A stretch of 64,000 bases of DNA from Mycobacteriales bacterium (GCA_035776655.1 DASTWK010000047.1:1259-65258); one strand, 5' to 3'. Counted from the first letter of the stretch, positions 43,817 through 53,172 are shown. Notes: a model not told the origin generated them from the sequence alone. Made by a program: numbers and translations.

Positions 43817-45049
43817 ATGACGGTCTGCGTCTCGCCGGCACTCGCCGAGCTGCAGGCTGCCGTCGCGCGCTTCGTCGCCGCTGACGTCCGGGACACTCCG
43901 GAGGCGCACCGGCTCGGCGAGCAGGAAGTGTTGCTCGGCATCATCAACCAGCTGCGGGCCGTCGAGGTGCATCGTCTGGAAGTCATCGACAACGACGAGA
44001 CCACCGTCGTCGACACCGGCCGCGCGACCCGCTCCTGGCTGATCGAAGAGGCGCAGGTCAATCCGGGCGAGGCGACCAAACGGGTGCGACTGGCGCGCGC
44101 GTTGGCAGCGCATCCGCTGGTGGACGATGCCTTCAGCGCCGGGAACATCAGCTTCGAGCACGCCTGGGCGATCATCACCGCGATGAGGCCTGTGCCGGTG
44201 GAGTTCCACGACATCGTGGAGCGGGCACTGGTCGACGCGGCACACGCGTGCCCGCCGTACGACATCGGCGAGATGATCGAGCCGCTGCTCGTCGCATGCG
44301 GCGTCGAGTCGAGCAGCGACGAGGCTCATGTCCGCCGGCTCAACCGGCGCGGCCTGACTATTGCACGGACGTTCGACGGTCTTCGCGCCGTCTCGGGGCT
44401 GCTGACTCCCGATGTGGCTGAGGCTTTCGAGACGGCCCTCGACGTCATCGGGCAACGAGCAGGTGATGATGACGACCGCACTCATGCACAGCGGCAGCAC
44501 GACGCCGTTGGGGAGCTGGCACATCATTACCTCGCGCACGCGGCCATTCCCGCCGTTCGCGGGGAACGGCCGCGCGTCGTCGTGACGATCGACTACGACA
44601 GTCTCGTCAGCCGGCTGCACGACCGCGCCAACCAGCTCGGCGAGAGCTGGGGTCACCTGCCGTCAGGTGCGGTGGTGTCGCCCTCGACCGCGCGCCGCTT
44701 GGCGTGCGACGCGGAGATCATCCCGGCGGTGCTGAACGCGCGCGGCGACGTCCTCGACGTCGCCATCGCCTCGCGGAGTTTCCCAACGGCAGTACGACGG
44801 GCGGCCTGGCTCGAGCAGAAGGGCCGATGTGCCTTCCCGGGTTGTCGGAGGCCACCGGTCGACTGTCACCACATCGTCTGGTGGACCAATGGCGGGCCGT
44901 CGACACTGGAGAACGCCGCGTGGTTGTGCGCGTTCCATCATTGGCTCGTGCACGAACGCGGCTGGACGATGCGGCGGGATCCGGAGCGGGGCTTCGTGTT
45001 CACAGGTCCAGCCGGACAGGTCCGGCCTCGACATCCCGAGGCGGCCTGA
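43817..45049 (+). CDS. DUF222 domain HNH endonuclease (mycobacterial 13E12-repeat-like family)
   Basis: The ATG at 43817 gives 410 aa. The C-terminal HNH is CAFPGCRRPPVDCHHIVWWTNGGPSTLENAAWLCAFHHWLVHERGW. The N-terminal DUF222-like region is GRATRSWLIEEAQV. Confidence 0.85.
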   Translation: MTVCVSPALAELQAAVARFVAADVRDTPEAHRLGEQEVLLGIINQLRAVEVHRLEVIDNDETTVVDTGRATRSWLIEEAQVNPGEATKRVRLARALAAHPLVDDAFSAGNISFEHAWAIITAMRPVPVEFHDIVERALVDAAHACPPYDIGEMIEPLLVACGVESSSDEAHVRRLNRRGLTIARTFDGLRAVSGLLTPDVAEAFETALDVIGQRAGDDDDRTHAQRQHDAVGELAHHYLAHAAIPAVRGERPRVVVTIDYDSLVSRLHDRANQLGESWGHLPSGAVVSPSTARRLACDAEIIPAVLNARGDVLDVAIASRSFPTAVRRAAWLEQKGRCAFPGCRRPPVDCHHIVWWTNGGPSTLENAAWLCAFHHWLVHERGWTMRRDPERGFVFTGPAGQVRPRHPEAA

Positions 45050-45094
45050 CAGCCGCCGCCCCGCCCACACACCCGCCGTGCGAGTCTCTTTGAC

Positions 45095-46489
45095 ATGAGC
45101 GAGTTTCGCGTGGAACACGACTCGATGGGTGATGTCCGCGTACCGGTTGCCGCCCTGTGGCGGGCGCAGACCCAACGCGCGGTGGAGAACTTCCCCATCA
45201 GCGGCGGGACGATCGACCCTGCGCTGATCAGCGCGTTGGGCGCGATCAAGGCAGCGGCGGCTGGTGTCAATGCCGAGCTCGGGGTGCTCGACGGTGCGGT
45301 CGCCCAGGCCATCACCGCGGCCGCCAACGAAGTCGCGGCCGGGGCCCACGACGAGCAGTTCCCCATCGACGTCTTCCAGACCGGCTCGGGCACCTCGAGC
45401 AACATGAACGCCAACGAGGTCATCGCCACCGTCGCGTCGCGTGTGCACGGTCAGGACGTGCATCCGAACGACCACGTCAACGCGTCGCAGTCGAGCAACG
45501 ACGTGTTTCCCAGCGCGATACATCTCGCCGCCACCCGGACCATCGTGGGTGTGCTCGTGCCGGCGTTGCAGCATCTCGAAGCGGCTCTGCACCGCAAGGC
45601 GGAGGAGTTCACCGATGTGGTGAAGAGCGGCCGCACCCATCTCATGGATGCAACTCCGGTGACGTTGGGACAGGAGTTCGGCGGGTACGCCGCGCAGATC
45701 CGCACTGGCATCGAACGGCTGGAGTCGACGCTGCCGCGCGTCGGCGAGCTGCCGCTCGGCGGGACTGCCGTGGGCACCGGCATCAACACCCCGGCAGGTT
45801 TCGCTGCCGCGGTCATCCAGCGACTGGCGGACGACAGTGGACTGCCGCTGACCGAGGCGCGCAACCACTTCGAAGCTCAAGGCGCGCGCGACGCACTGGT
45901 GGAGTGCTCCGGGCAACTGCGTACGATCGCCGTCGGCCTCTACAAGATCGCGAACGATCTCCGCTGGATGTCGTCGGGGCCCCGCGCCGGGCTCGGCGAG
46001 ATCCACCTGCCGGATCTGCAACCAGGCTCATCGATCATGCCCGGCAAGGTCAACCCGGTCATTCCCGAGGCGGTCTGCCAGGTGGTTGCGCAGGTCATGG
46101 GCAACGATGCCGCGATCGCCTTCGGCGGCGCTGCCGGCAACCTCGAGCTCAACGTCATGCTGCCGGTGATCGGGCGAAACCTCCTGGAGTCGATCCGGCT
46201 GCTCGCCAATGTCAGCCGGTTGCTCGCCGATCGCTGCATCGACGGCATCGCGGCGAACGTCGAGAAGTGCCGGGAGTACGCCGAGTCATCCGCCTCCATC
46301 GTGACGCCGCTGAACCGCTACATCGGCTACGAGAACGCGGCGAAGGCGGCGAAGAAGGCGGTCGCGGAAGGCATCACGATCCGCCAGGCGGTCGTCGAGC
46401 TCGGTTTCGTCGATGGTCAACACCTCACCGAGCAACAGCTCGACGAGGCCCTGGACGTCCTGAAGATGGCCTACCCGCACGGCCGGTAA
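45095..46489 (+). CDS. fumC: class II fumarate hydratase
   Basis: 464 aa with [17 protein letters not shown], the [12 protein letters not shown] signature and HLMDATP. Confidence 0.94.
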   Translation: MSEFRVEHDSMGDVRVPVAALWRAQTQRAVENFPISGGTIDPALISALGAIKAAAAGVNAELGVLDGAVAQAITAAANEVAAGAHDEQFPIDVFQTGSGTSSNMNANEVIATVASRVHGQDVHPNDHVNASQSSNDVFPSAIHLAATRTIVGVLVPALQHLEAALHRKAEEFTDVVKSGRTHLMDATPVTLGQEFGGYAAQIRTGIERLESTLPRVGELPLGGTAVGTGINTPAGFAAAVIQRLADDSGLPLTEARNHFEAQGARDALVECSGQLRTIAVGLYKIANDLRWMSSGPRAGLGEIHLPDLQPGSSIMPGKVNPVIPEAVCQVVAQVMGNDAAIAFGGAAGNLELNVMLPVIGRNLLESIRLLANVSRLLADRCIDGIAANVEKCREYAESSASIVTPLNRYIGYENAAKAAKKAVAEGITIRQAVVELGFVDGQHLTEQQLDEALDVLKMAYPHGR

Positions 46490-46638
46490 TTCGGTCACCC
46501 CGCCACAGTCCGTCATTGGCCCGGACATTGGCTCTGTCCGTCGCGTTTCCCGTGGACATTCACCTCGTTAGCCCCTCAAGAGCAACGCGCGGTTGATCCG
46601 AATGGATCAGCAGGCGGCTTGCGCACTGCGGCCATCGA

Positions 46639-47115
46639 ATGAAGGGGCACGTGATGAGTGCTGGTCACAGGAGCAGTGAGTCACGTCGCCACGGGCTGCT
46701 GGGCCGCGCGGCCGTCATCGTCGCTTTGGGGCTCGGCAGCATGGCTGTGGCCGCACCAGCCTTGGCCGCGAAAGGCGCCGGCGCCGCCAAGAACAGTGGC
46801 AGCTCGACCCTGACCTTGGTTCTCCTCGATTCGACCGACGGCGTCCCGCACTGGGGCCAGCAGATCACCTGGGACGTGTCCACGACAGCGACCACGGCTC
46901 CCCACGTCAGCGTGACCTGCGACCAGGGTGGCGTAGTGGTCTACAGCGCCCAGAGCGGCTACTACCCCAGCTACCCGTGGCCGTCGACGCAGGACATGAC
47001 CCTCTCGTCCCAGTCCTGGACGGGCGGCGACGCCGATTGCACCGCCTCGCTCTACTACTTCGACGGCCGCAAGACCGTGACACTCAAGACACTCGACTTC
47101 CACGTGTATGCGTGA
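46639..47115 (+). CDS. small secreted protein, unknown function
   Basis: It has a signal peptide (...AAPALAAKG) and a mature part of ~115 aa with two Cys. It lies in the lower-GC segment. An alternative ATG is at 46654. Confidence 0.68.
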   Translation: MKGHVMSAGHRSSESRRHGLLGRAAVIVALGLGSMAVAAPALAAKGAGAAKNSGSSTLTLVLLDSTDGVPHWGQQITWDVSTTATTAPHVSVTCDQGGVVVYSAQSGYYPSYPWPSTQDMTLSSQSWTGGDADCTASLYYFDGRKTVTLKTLDFHVYA

Positions 47116-47165
47116 CGGGGTCGGGAACCCCGGCTGCCTCCGAGGCTCCCGATCCCGACAACGGC

Positions 47166-49298
47166 CTAATTGGTGACGGTGACCGCCGAGCTCTCACAGT
47201 GGTCGGAGCCTGGGATGTTGGAGTCGGAACTCGTGAACACAACCTTCCACGAGACGCTCTTGCTGGTCGAGACGGTGTAAGTGGAGTTGGTGGTCGTCTT
47301 CGTGATCGGCGAGCTTCCGCTGACCGTCCAGCTGTAGGTCTGGCCAGTCACCGCGGTGCCCGTGCAGTCGGGGGAGTCATACAAGGCGATGCTCAGCGTT
47401 CCTGACAACGGAGAGCCGTGCGCCGAGGTCACGGTGGCGCTGTCATTCGGCAACCACGTTTGGGCGGACGTGAGGCCGGTGGAATCCGTGACCGTGAAGC
47501 ATTCGGTGGCGGCAGAGTCGGCAGAACTGTTGTAGACGGTGCTTCCGCCGTACTCACCACGGAAGCAGTAGCGTCCAACGGACGCAGGCGTCACACCGCC
47601 CGAAGTAGTGCTGGCCGTGTAGGTCATTGCGTCGGAGTCCGCGACCAATGCCTTCGGATTGCCGCTAACCGCTGTTCCGGTGTTCGTCGTGCCATCGCAG
47701 GTTCCGGTGGCTATAGGTCCACAGACATAGAAGTTCACGGATCCAGTTGGATCACCGCCGGCGGCTGTCCCGGTGACGATGGCCCGGTCGTAGACGGTCG
47801 AGCCGAGCGTGACCGAGCTAACGGATGCGCCGCTCGCGTCCACGGGTGTGGTCACTGTCTGCGTGTTGATCTTCGCCGTTGTGAAGCATTCGTTGTGTCC
47901 GGAAACGGTGCCACCGGTCCCGGTCGGGCCACCGTACTCGACGAGGGGCTGCGTGTAGTTGGTGTCACCGGACCACTCGGCTCGGAAGCAGTACCGGCCT
48001 GGCGACAGGGGATCGGACGCCGTGTTGACGTCGGGCGAGGAAGCCGTGGCCACCGCGCCTGTCCCACTGAGCGCCCCCGTCCCGAGGTTCGTGCCTCCGC
48101 TCGTGCAAGCGCCGGTGGCCAGCGGGCCACACAAGTAGAAAGTCACGTTCCCAGAGGGAGTATGAGCCGAGCTGCTCCCCGTGACGGTGGCTGTGTCATT
48201 GACCGTCGTGCCCGGGGTCACCGGCCCGGCGGCGACATTCGTGAACATGGTGGCGCTGCAGTTCGCAAAGCTTCCGAGAACGAAGTCTTTGAGCGTCGCT
48301 GTGGTCGAGGTCGACGATCGCGTTTCGGAAGCAACAGAAGAGAAGCATTCGTCTGCCAGGCCGAGGGAGGTCAGGTTGATGCCGCCCTCGTAGAACTCGC
48401 CAGCCAGGTAGGAGTTGTTCCCGCTCTTGTCACCGTACGACCACGGAGACGCGACTCCGTCCGTCGTGTTCACGATGCCGCAGAACGCATCACCGGACAC
48501 CGATGTGCAGTTTGCATTGGCAGAGGTCTCAAGCGTCTCGAGATTCTGATCGCCACAGCTGTCGCCGTTGCTGAGAAGGGTGCCGGTCTTCTTGCACAGG
48601 TGGTTCCACTGGTAAACCGTGATGGTGGAAGTGGAACCACCATTGCTGAAGTCGCTGATGACGAGAACGTCTCCGTCCTTGTGCACGCCCGTGAACCCAC
48701 TGCCGCCATTGACGGAGTTGTGGGCAAGGCCAATCGGGTTCTGGAAGAACCAGAAGCCCTGCTGAGCGTCACCGCTGTTGTCATAGCGGTCTGAACCGAA
48801 GAAGAGCACGTCACAGGTCGCCGCCACGGAGCCATCCGGCTTGGTGGCGGAGCAGTCAGTGTTCGGGGTGATCGAGTAGCGAGCCGCGAAGCTGTGCAGG
48901 AGATTGTCCTTGTCCGGCAGTCCGCCCGCACCGTCCTTCCAGGCCCAGCTCGAGATGTTCTGTGGGTCCTTCGACCCTCCTCCGGTGAATATCGTCGAAT
49001 TGAGGTTCGGCTCTGACGTCCAGGAGGTCGCCGTGGCCCCGTTGGTGTCGTTCGCGCTTGCGCACTGGTCGTCAAACTGGTTCTGCGTGTCGTCGGTGAT
49101 CGTCACCTGGTGACAGACGTTGTCCCAGTCGTCGGCAGTCTGATGAGTGGCGTTGCCATCCAATTCGAAGACGCCTGTCTTGTCGACGGCTTGAGCGGTC
49201 GGACCTGCCAATGCATACGCGGAGAGGAGCATGACAACAGCCCCCACCACATGCGCCGTGCGGCGCTTGGATGCGCGATGTTTCCCGAGTCGATGCAT
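47166..49298 (-). CDS. large secreted Cys-rich protein: N-terminal ~330-aa domain + Ig-like repeats
   Basis: 710 aa with an AGGGGG SD and a signal peptide (...AGPTAQAVD). The repeated modules follow V.D.A.VTG....P.G.V.FY.CGP...G.C...........GRYCFR.E..GD..Y. Confidence 0.8.
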   Translation of the reverse strand: MHRLGKHRASKRRTAHVVGAVVMLLSAYALAGPTAQAVDKTGVFELDGNATHQTADDWDNVCHQVTITDDTQNQFDDQCASANDTNGATATSWTSEPNLNSTIFTGGGSKDPQNISSWAWKDGAGGLPDKDNLLHSFAARYSITPNTDCSATKPDGSVAATCDVLFFGSDRYDNSGDAQQGFWFFQNPIGLAHNSVNGGSGFTGVHKDGDVLVISDFSNGGSTSTITVYQWNHLCKKTGTLLSNGDSCGDQNLETLETSANANCTSVSGDAFCGIVNTTDGVASPWSYGDKSGNNSYLAGEFYEGGINLTSLGLADECFSSVASETRSSTSTTATLKDFVLGSFANCSATMFTNVAAGPVTPGTTVNDTATVTGSSSAHTPSGNVTFYLCGPLATGACTSGGTNLGTGALSGTGAVATASSPDVNTASDPLSPGRYCFRAEWSGDTNYTQPLVEYGGPTGTGGTVSGHNECFTTAKINTQTVTTPVDASGASVSSVTLGSTVYDRAIVTGTAAGGDPTGSVNFYVCGPIATGTCDGTTNTGTAVSGNPKALVADSDAMTYTASTTSGGVTPASVGRYCFRGEYGGSTVYNSSADSAATECFTVTDSTGLTSAQTWLPNDSATVTSAHGSPLSGTLSIALYDSPDCTGTAVTGQTYSWTVSGSSPITKTTTNSTYTVSTSKSVSWKVVFTSSDSNIPGSDHCESSAVTVTN

Positions 49299-49439
49299 GA
49301 TGCCCCCCTTGACGCCTTGCGCCCGACATTTCGGAAGGTAGGGCGAAAGGAAGGGTCTGCGTGTCGTGCATCTGACGGCGCGGCGTTGAGATTCCTCAAC
49401 GCGATTCGGGACGTTCGGCCACTAATCGGGGCCGGTGTC

Positions 49440-50078
49440 TCAGGCGTCGCGGACCAGAGCGATCGCGGCCGTGCGATCGGAGACCTTGAGCTTGCGCAGG
49501 ATGGCGGAGACGTGCGTGCGTACGGTCACCGGCGTGACGAACAACCGGGTGGCGATCTCCTGCGTGGACAGCCCGCCGCGCATGAGGGTCAGCACCTCCC
49601 ACTCGCGGTCGGTGAGTGCCGCGAGCGGTCCGCCGCGACGCCGGGACGCGGCCGCCTCCCGCACCCGGAACTCCTCCACGACCTTCGCCACCAGGTTGCG
49701 CGGCAGCGCCGCCTCGCCGGCGAGCACGCCTTCCAGCGCCCGGGGCAGCCGGTCCGGGTCGATGTCCTTCAGCAGATAACCGCGTGCGCCCGCGCTCAGT
49801 GCGGCGAAGAGATCGTTGTCGTCACGAGACACCGTCAACATCACGATTGCGGTGTCCGGGGATTCCGTGGAGATCTCGTACGCCGCGGCGATGCCGTTGC
49901 CGGGCATGCGGATGTCGAGCAGTACGACGTCCGGTTGCACCATCCGCACCATCTCGACCGCCGCCGGCGCGGATGCGGCCTCGCCACACACCTCGAACCG
50001 GCCGTCGGACTCCAACGCTCTGCGCACGCCGGCGCGCATGGGTCCGTGGTCGTCGGCGATGACGACACGCGCCGTCAC
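49440..50078 (-). CDS. NarL/LuxR family response regulator
   Basis: Track ORF 49440..50678 is over-extended. The GTG at 50078 overlaps the kinase stop as GTGA and gives 212 aa. It has a REC domain plus the LuxR HTH (LTDREWEVLTLMRGGLSTQEIATRLFVTPVTVRTHVSAIL). Confidence 0.88.
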   Translation of the reverse strand: MTARVVIADDHGPMRAGVRRALESDGRFEVCGEAASAPAAVEMVRMVQPDVVLLDIRMPGNGIAAAYEISTESPDTAIVMLTVSRDDNDLFAALSAGARGYLLKDIDPDRLPRALEGVLAGEAALPRNLVAKVVEEFRVREAAASRRRGGPLAALTDREWEVLTLMRGGLSTQEIATRLFVTPVTVRTHVSAILRKLKVSDRTAAIALVRDA

Positions 50079-51460
50079 GGAACCCACACCTCCACCTTGG
50101 TGCCGGCGTAGGGGCGGGACTCCAGCCGCATCGATCCGCCTAGTGCCTCGGCCCGCTCGCGCATGCCGGTCAGGCCGTAACGCCCGTTGGCCGTAGCGCG
50201 CGGGTCGTCGACGAGGAAACCGCGCCCGTCGTCGGAGACCCGCAACGTCACGCCGACATGGTTCGACAGCTGCACCTTGATGCGCCGGGCGTGTGCGTGC
50301 CGGCCGGCGTTGGTGATCGCCTCGCGGGCGATCCGCAACAACGCCTCGCGCGTGTCCGCCGGCACCTGGCCCACCGGCTCGAGATCGAGCAGCACCCGCA
50401 CGCCGAGGCGCGACGACAGCTCCTCGGCCTGCTGAGCCAGCGACACGTCCAGTGGCTCGTCCAGCGGCCGAGTCAAGGCGCCGATGCCGCGCCGCGACTC
50501 GTCGAGTGCGCGCTCGGCCGCGTGCGCCAGGACTTCCGCCTCCGGATCGCCGCTGCGTCGCGAGAGCATCCGCGCCTGCGTCGCGACGAACGCGAGCTCC
50601 TGCGCCAACCCGTCGTGCAGCTCCCGCGCCAGCCGGCGCCGTTCCTCCAGCACCGCCACTTGTGCCAGCCGGCGCCAATAGCCGGTGAACTCGTACGACG
50701 CGGCGAGGATGGCCACGCCGTACCCAGCCATCCGCAGCCAGTCACCGATCGTCAGGTCCGCGGCCAGCGACGCGGGCGTCCACGCGTAGTTCACCCGCGC
50801 CAGCGCCCACAGCGCCGCGCAGATCGCCATCCAGCCGTAGAACGGGTCGCCGCTCATCCGCGCCCGCCGCGCGTAACCGACCGAGGCGATGCCGAAGGCG
50901 AGCGCCGCGGCTGCCTGCACGAGCGTCACCGCGCTGATCGCGCCGTCACCGGCCGCGTCAGTCGTGGGCGGACCGCTGAGGCCGGGAAACGCCCCGACCC
51001 TCGAGGAGGCCAGGGCGGCGACCGCCATGACCGCCCCGCCCACGCCGATGACGAAGAGAATCAGTTCCGCCGAGCTGCGCCACCTGGTCTGCCGGTCCGG
51101 CGCCAGCGCGGCGAGAGCGAGCAACACCGCGGCGGCCGCCCCGCACAGCAACGCGGCGACGAGGATCTGCGTCGGCACCGTCCCGCCGTGCGCGAGCGGC
51201 ACGACCGTGAACGCGAGCTTGGCCACGGCCAGGACCGTGAGCGCGAAGCTGGTGCCGAGGTCGAGCAGCAGGCCTCGTTGCTGCCAGCGCCCGAGGAAGA
51301 GAGCAGCGAGCAGCATCGCGGCGCACGCGACGGCGGTCTCGACCACACCGGCCGAGGCCGGGCTGTGCAGCACGAGCCCATGCGGGCGCAGGGCATGCAG
51401 CACCGTGACCGCGACCCCGGCCAGCCACACCACCCACAGCATCGCGCGCATCGCACGCAC
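50075..51460 (-). CDS. sensor histidine kinase (HisKA_3/NarX type) with a polytopic N-terminal sensor
   Basis: 461 aa. The GTG start sits behind a GGGGAGG SD. About 7-8 hydrophobic segments are followed by the H-box RLARELHDGLAQEL and HATPase (DDGRGF...GLTGMRERA). Confidence 0.85.
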   Translation of the reverse strand: MRAMRAMLWVVWLAGVAVTVLHALRPHGLVLHSPASAGVVETAVACAAMLLAALFLGRWQQRGLLLDLGTSFALTVLAVAKLAFTVVPLAHGGTVPTQILVAALLCGAAAAVLLALAALAPDRQTRWRSSAELILFVIGVGGAVMAVAALASSRVGAFPGLSGPPTTDAAGDGAISAVTLVQAAAALAFGIASVGYARRARMSGDPFYGWMAICAALWALARVNYAWTPASLAADLTIGDWLRMAGYGVAILAASYEFTGYWRRLAQVAVLEERRRLARELHDGLAQELAFVATQARMLSRRSGDPEAEVLAHAAERALDESRRGIGALTRPLDEPLDVSLAQQAEELSSRLGVRVLLDLEPVGQVPADTREALLRIAREAITNAGRHAHARRIKVQLSNHVGVTLRVSDDGRGFLVDDPRATANGRYGLTGMRERAEALGGSMRLESRPYAGTKVEVWVP

Positions 51461-51592
51461 AGCACGCCTCCCCTCGCTCCTCCACGGTTGAACGAGAGGG
51501 GGGCACGGTCAATCAGACGAACAGCCGGGTTCGTTGGGACGAACGGAGCCGAAACGGTGCATCCCGACCGGGCAATCGGCCGGCGTCTGCCG

Positions 51593-52162
51593 TCAGTAGT
51601 AGCCGTGCGACGACGAGTGGGTCAGCGCCGCGCAGGGAGAGCCATAGGTGGCTGCGATGTAGGACAAACCCCAGCGGATCTGCGTGATCGGGTTGCTCCG
51701 CCAGTCTGCCCCCGCGCTCGCCATCTTGGTGGCGGGCAGCGCCTGCGGGATGCCATAGGCCCCGGATCGGTGGTTCACCGCATAGGTCCGCCAGCCGCTC
51801 TCCCGCGTCCACAGCGCGTCCAGGCAGGACCACTGGCTCTCGCTCCACCCTCGGCGCAGCACCAGCGCGTGCGCAACCGTCTGCGGAGTCCCGGTGAGGG
51901 ACCGGCGGTACGACGAGCGCGATGCCTCCTGGTGTGGGTGACGAACCCGGCCGTGCCGGTGCTGCTCGAGGTGCCGCAGTCCGGGCACCCGCGGCAGGTG
52001 CCAGTGCAGCGCGGCGCGCTGCTGCGCCACCGGGACCGGGCCCGACGGCGCCGGCTGGCCCTCGGCGCCGCTGGCGATGGCGGGCGCGGTCACAGCCGCT
52101 CCGATCGACAACGCCGCACCGATGACGCCAGCAGTGACCCCCCGGATCTTCGTCCGGTTCAC
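51593..52162 (-). CDS. secreted cell-wall hydrolase-like protein (lytic transglycosylase / APF C-terminal-like domain)
   Basis: The GTG start has a GAGAGG SD, followed by a signal peptide. The C-terminal domain is WSCLDALWTRESGWRTYAVNHRSGAYGIPQALPATKMASAGADWRSNPITQIRWGLSYI. Confidence 0.75.
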   Translation of the reverse strand: MNRTKIRGVTAGVIGAALSIGAAVTAPAIASGAEGQPAPSGPVPVAQQRAALHWHLPRVPGLRHLEQHRHGRVRHPHQEASRSSYRRSLTGTPQTVAHALVLRRGWSESQWSCLDALWTRESGWRTYAVNHRSGAYGIPQALPATKMASAGADWRSNPITQIRWGLSYIAATYGSPCAALTHSSSHGYY

Positions 52163-52380
52163 GAACTGCCTCTCGTGCTCTCGCGGGCCACCTCGATTCA
52201 GCGGCCCTCGGGGGCACCCCGCGCGCTAGAAGACCACCGGAACGGCTTGCCGGTTGCCGCGCGACTCACGCCTGCAGGCGTTCAAAGGGCTGCGCTTGCT
52301 ACCGGTGCTAACAGCAGCAAGCAGCCAGCCCCTACCCGGCAATCGCGGTGAGCAACCTCACATTTCCCGCGGGTGACGCC

Positions 52381-53172
52381 TCATTGGTGCCGTCGAGCCA
52401 CAGGAATCCCACGGGTGAGGGCTGGGCGAGCGGCGAGTGCGATGAGCAGCCCGGCGATGAAACCGAAGACGTGGGCGAGATAGGCGACACCGGCGCCGCT
52501 CGCGACCGCGGTCCCGCTCGAATACAGCCACTGCAGCAGGAACCAGCCACCCAGCACCAGCCAGGCCGGGAGCCGCAACGGGAACAGGATGATCGCGATG
52601 GGGATCAGGCTCGTCACCCGTGCCCGCGGGAACAGCACGATGTAGGCCCCCAGCACGCCCGCGATCGCCCCCGACGCTCCGACCAGGGTGGTGGTCGAGG
52701 TGGGATTGCCGAAGGCGAAGCCGTAGGCCGCCACGTAACCGCAGAACAGGTAGAACAGCAGGAACTTCAGGCGTCCCATCCGGTCCTCGACGTTGTTGCC
52801 GAACACCCACAGGAACAGCATGTTCCCGAGGATGTGCAGCCATCCGCCGTGCAGGAACATCGAGTAGAGCACCGAGAGCATTGGGCTCTTGTTGCGGTCG
52901 TCGATCGGGCGGCAGGCCTGCACGCCGATGTCGGTCTGGACGCGGTACTGGTGCGGCGGCAGCGGCTTGTTCGTCGTCAGTTCCTTGGGGATGGCGGCGT
53001 ACTTGTCGAAGTAGGCCTGCTGGTCGCAGACCTGCGCCACCGTCTGCTGGCCGACGCCGATCTGCGACACCACCGGCTCGGTGAGGAAGACGGCGAAGTT
53101 CAACGCGATCAGCAGGTAGGTGATGATCGGCGTACGCCGCACCGGGTTGTCGTCATGGATCGGGATGACCAC
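52381..53172 (-). CDS. rhomboid family intramembrane serine protease
   Basis: 263 aa with FLHGGWLHILGNMLFLWVFG (the HxxxN region) and the catalytic GASGAIAG. Confidence 0.88.
   Translation of the reverse strand: MVIPIHDDNPVRRTPIITYLLIALNFAVFLTEPVVSQIGVGQQTVAQVCDQQAYFDKYAAIPKELTTNKPLPPHQYRVQTDIGVQACRPIDDRNKSPMLSVLYSMFLHGGWLHILGNMLFLWVFGNNVEDRMGRLKFLLFYLFCGYVAAYGFAFGNPTSTTTLVGASGAIAGVLGAYIVLFPRARVTSLIPIAIILFPLRLPAWLVLGGWFLLQWLYSSGTAVASGAGVAYLAHVFGFIAGLLIALAARPALTRGIPVARRHQ

Larger units (their letters stand above)
43160..45060. mobile_element. inserted segment carrying a DUF222/HNH (13E12-like) gene and gene remnants
   Basis: GC drops locally in 43.2-43.8 kb. A HAD-hydrolase fragment, a strong promoter and an HNH gene interrupt the glpX-fumarase neighbourhood. 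Confidence 0.4.

Noticed and set aside
52163-52380. I considered a firm call of a c-di-AMP (ydaO) riboswitch upstream of the wall-hydrolase-like gene.
   Set aside because: The conserved blocks I remember (CGCUnAAUC … GGGGGACCCA … GGGGUGAAUC … CCCGAAnCCGnCAGCUAACCUCGUAAGCG) are not present in order. The ACAGCUAACC block in particular is missing on the coding strand. I keep it only as a low-confidence finding to be tested with cmsearch.
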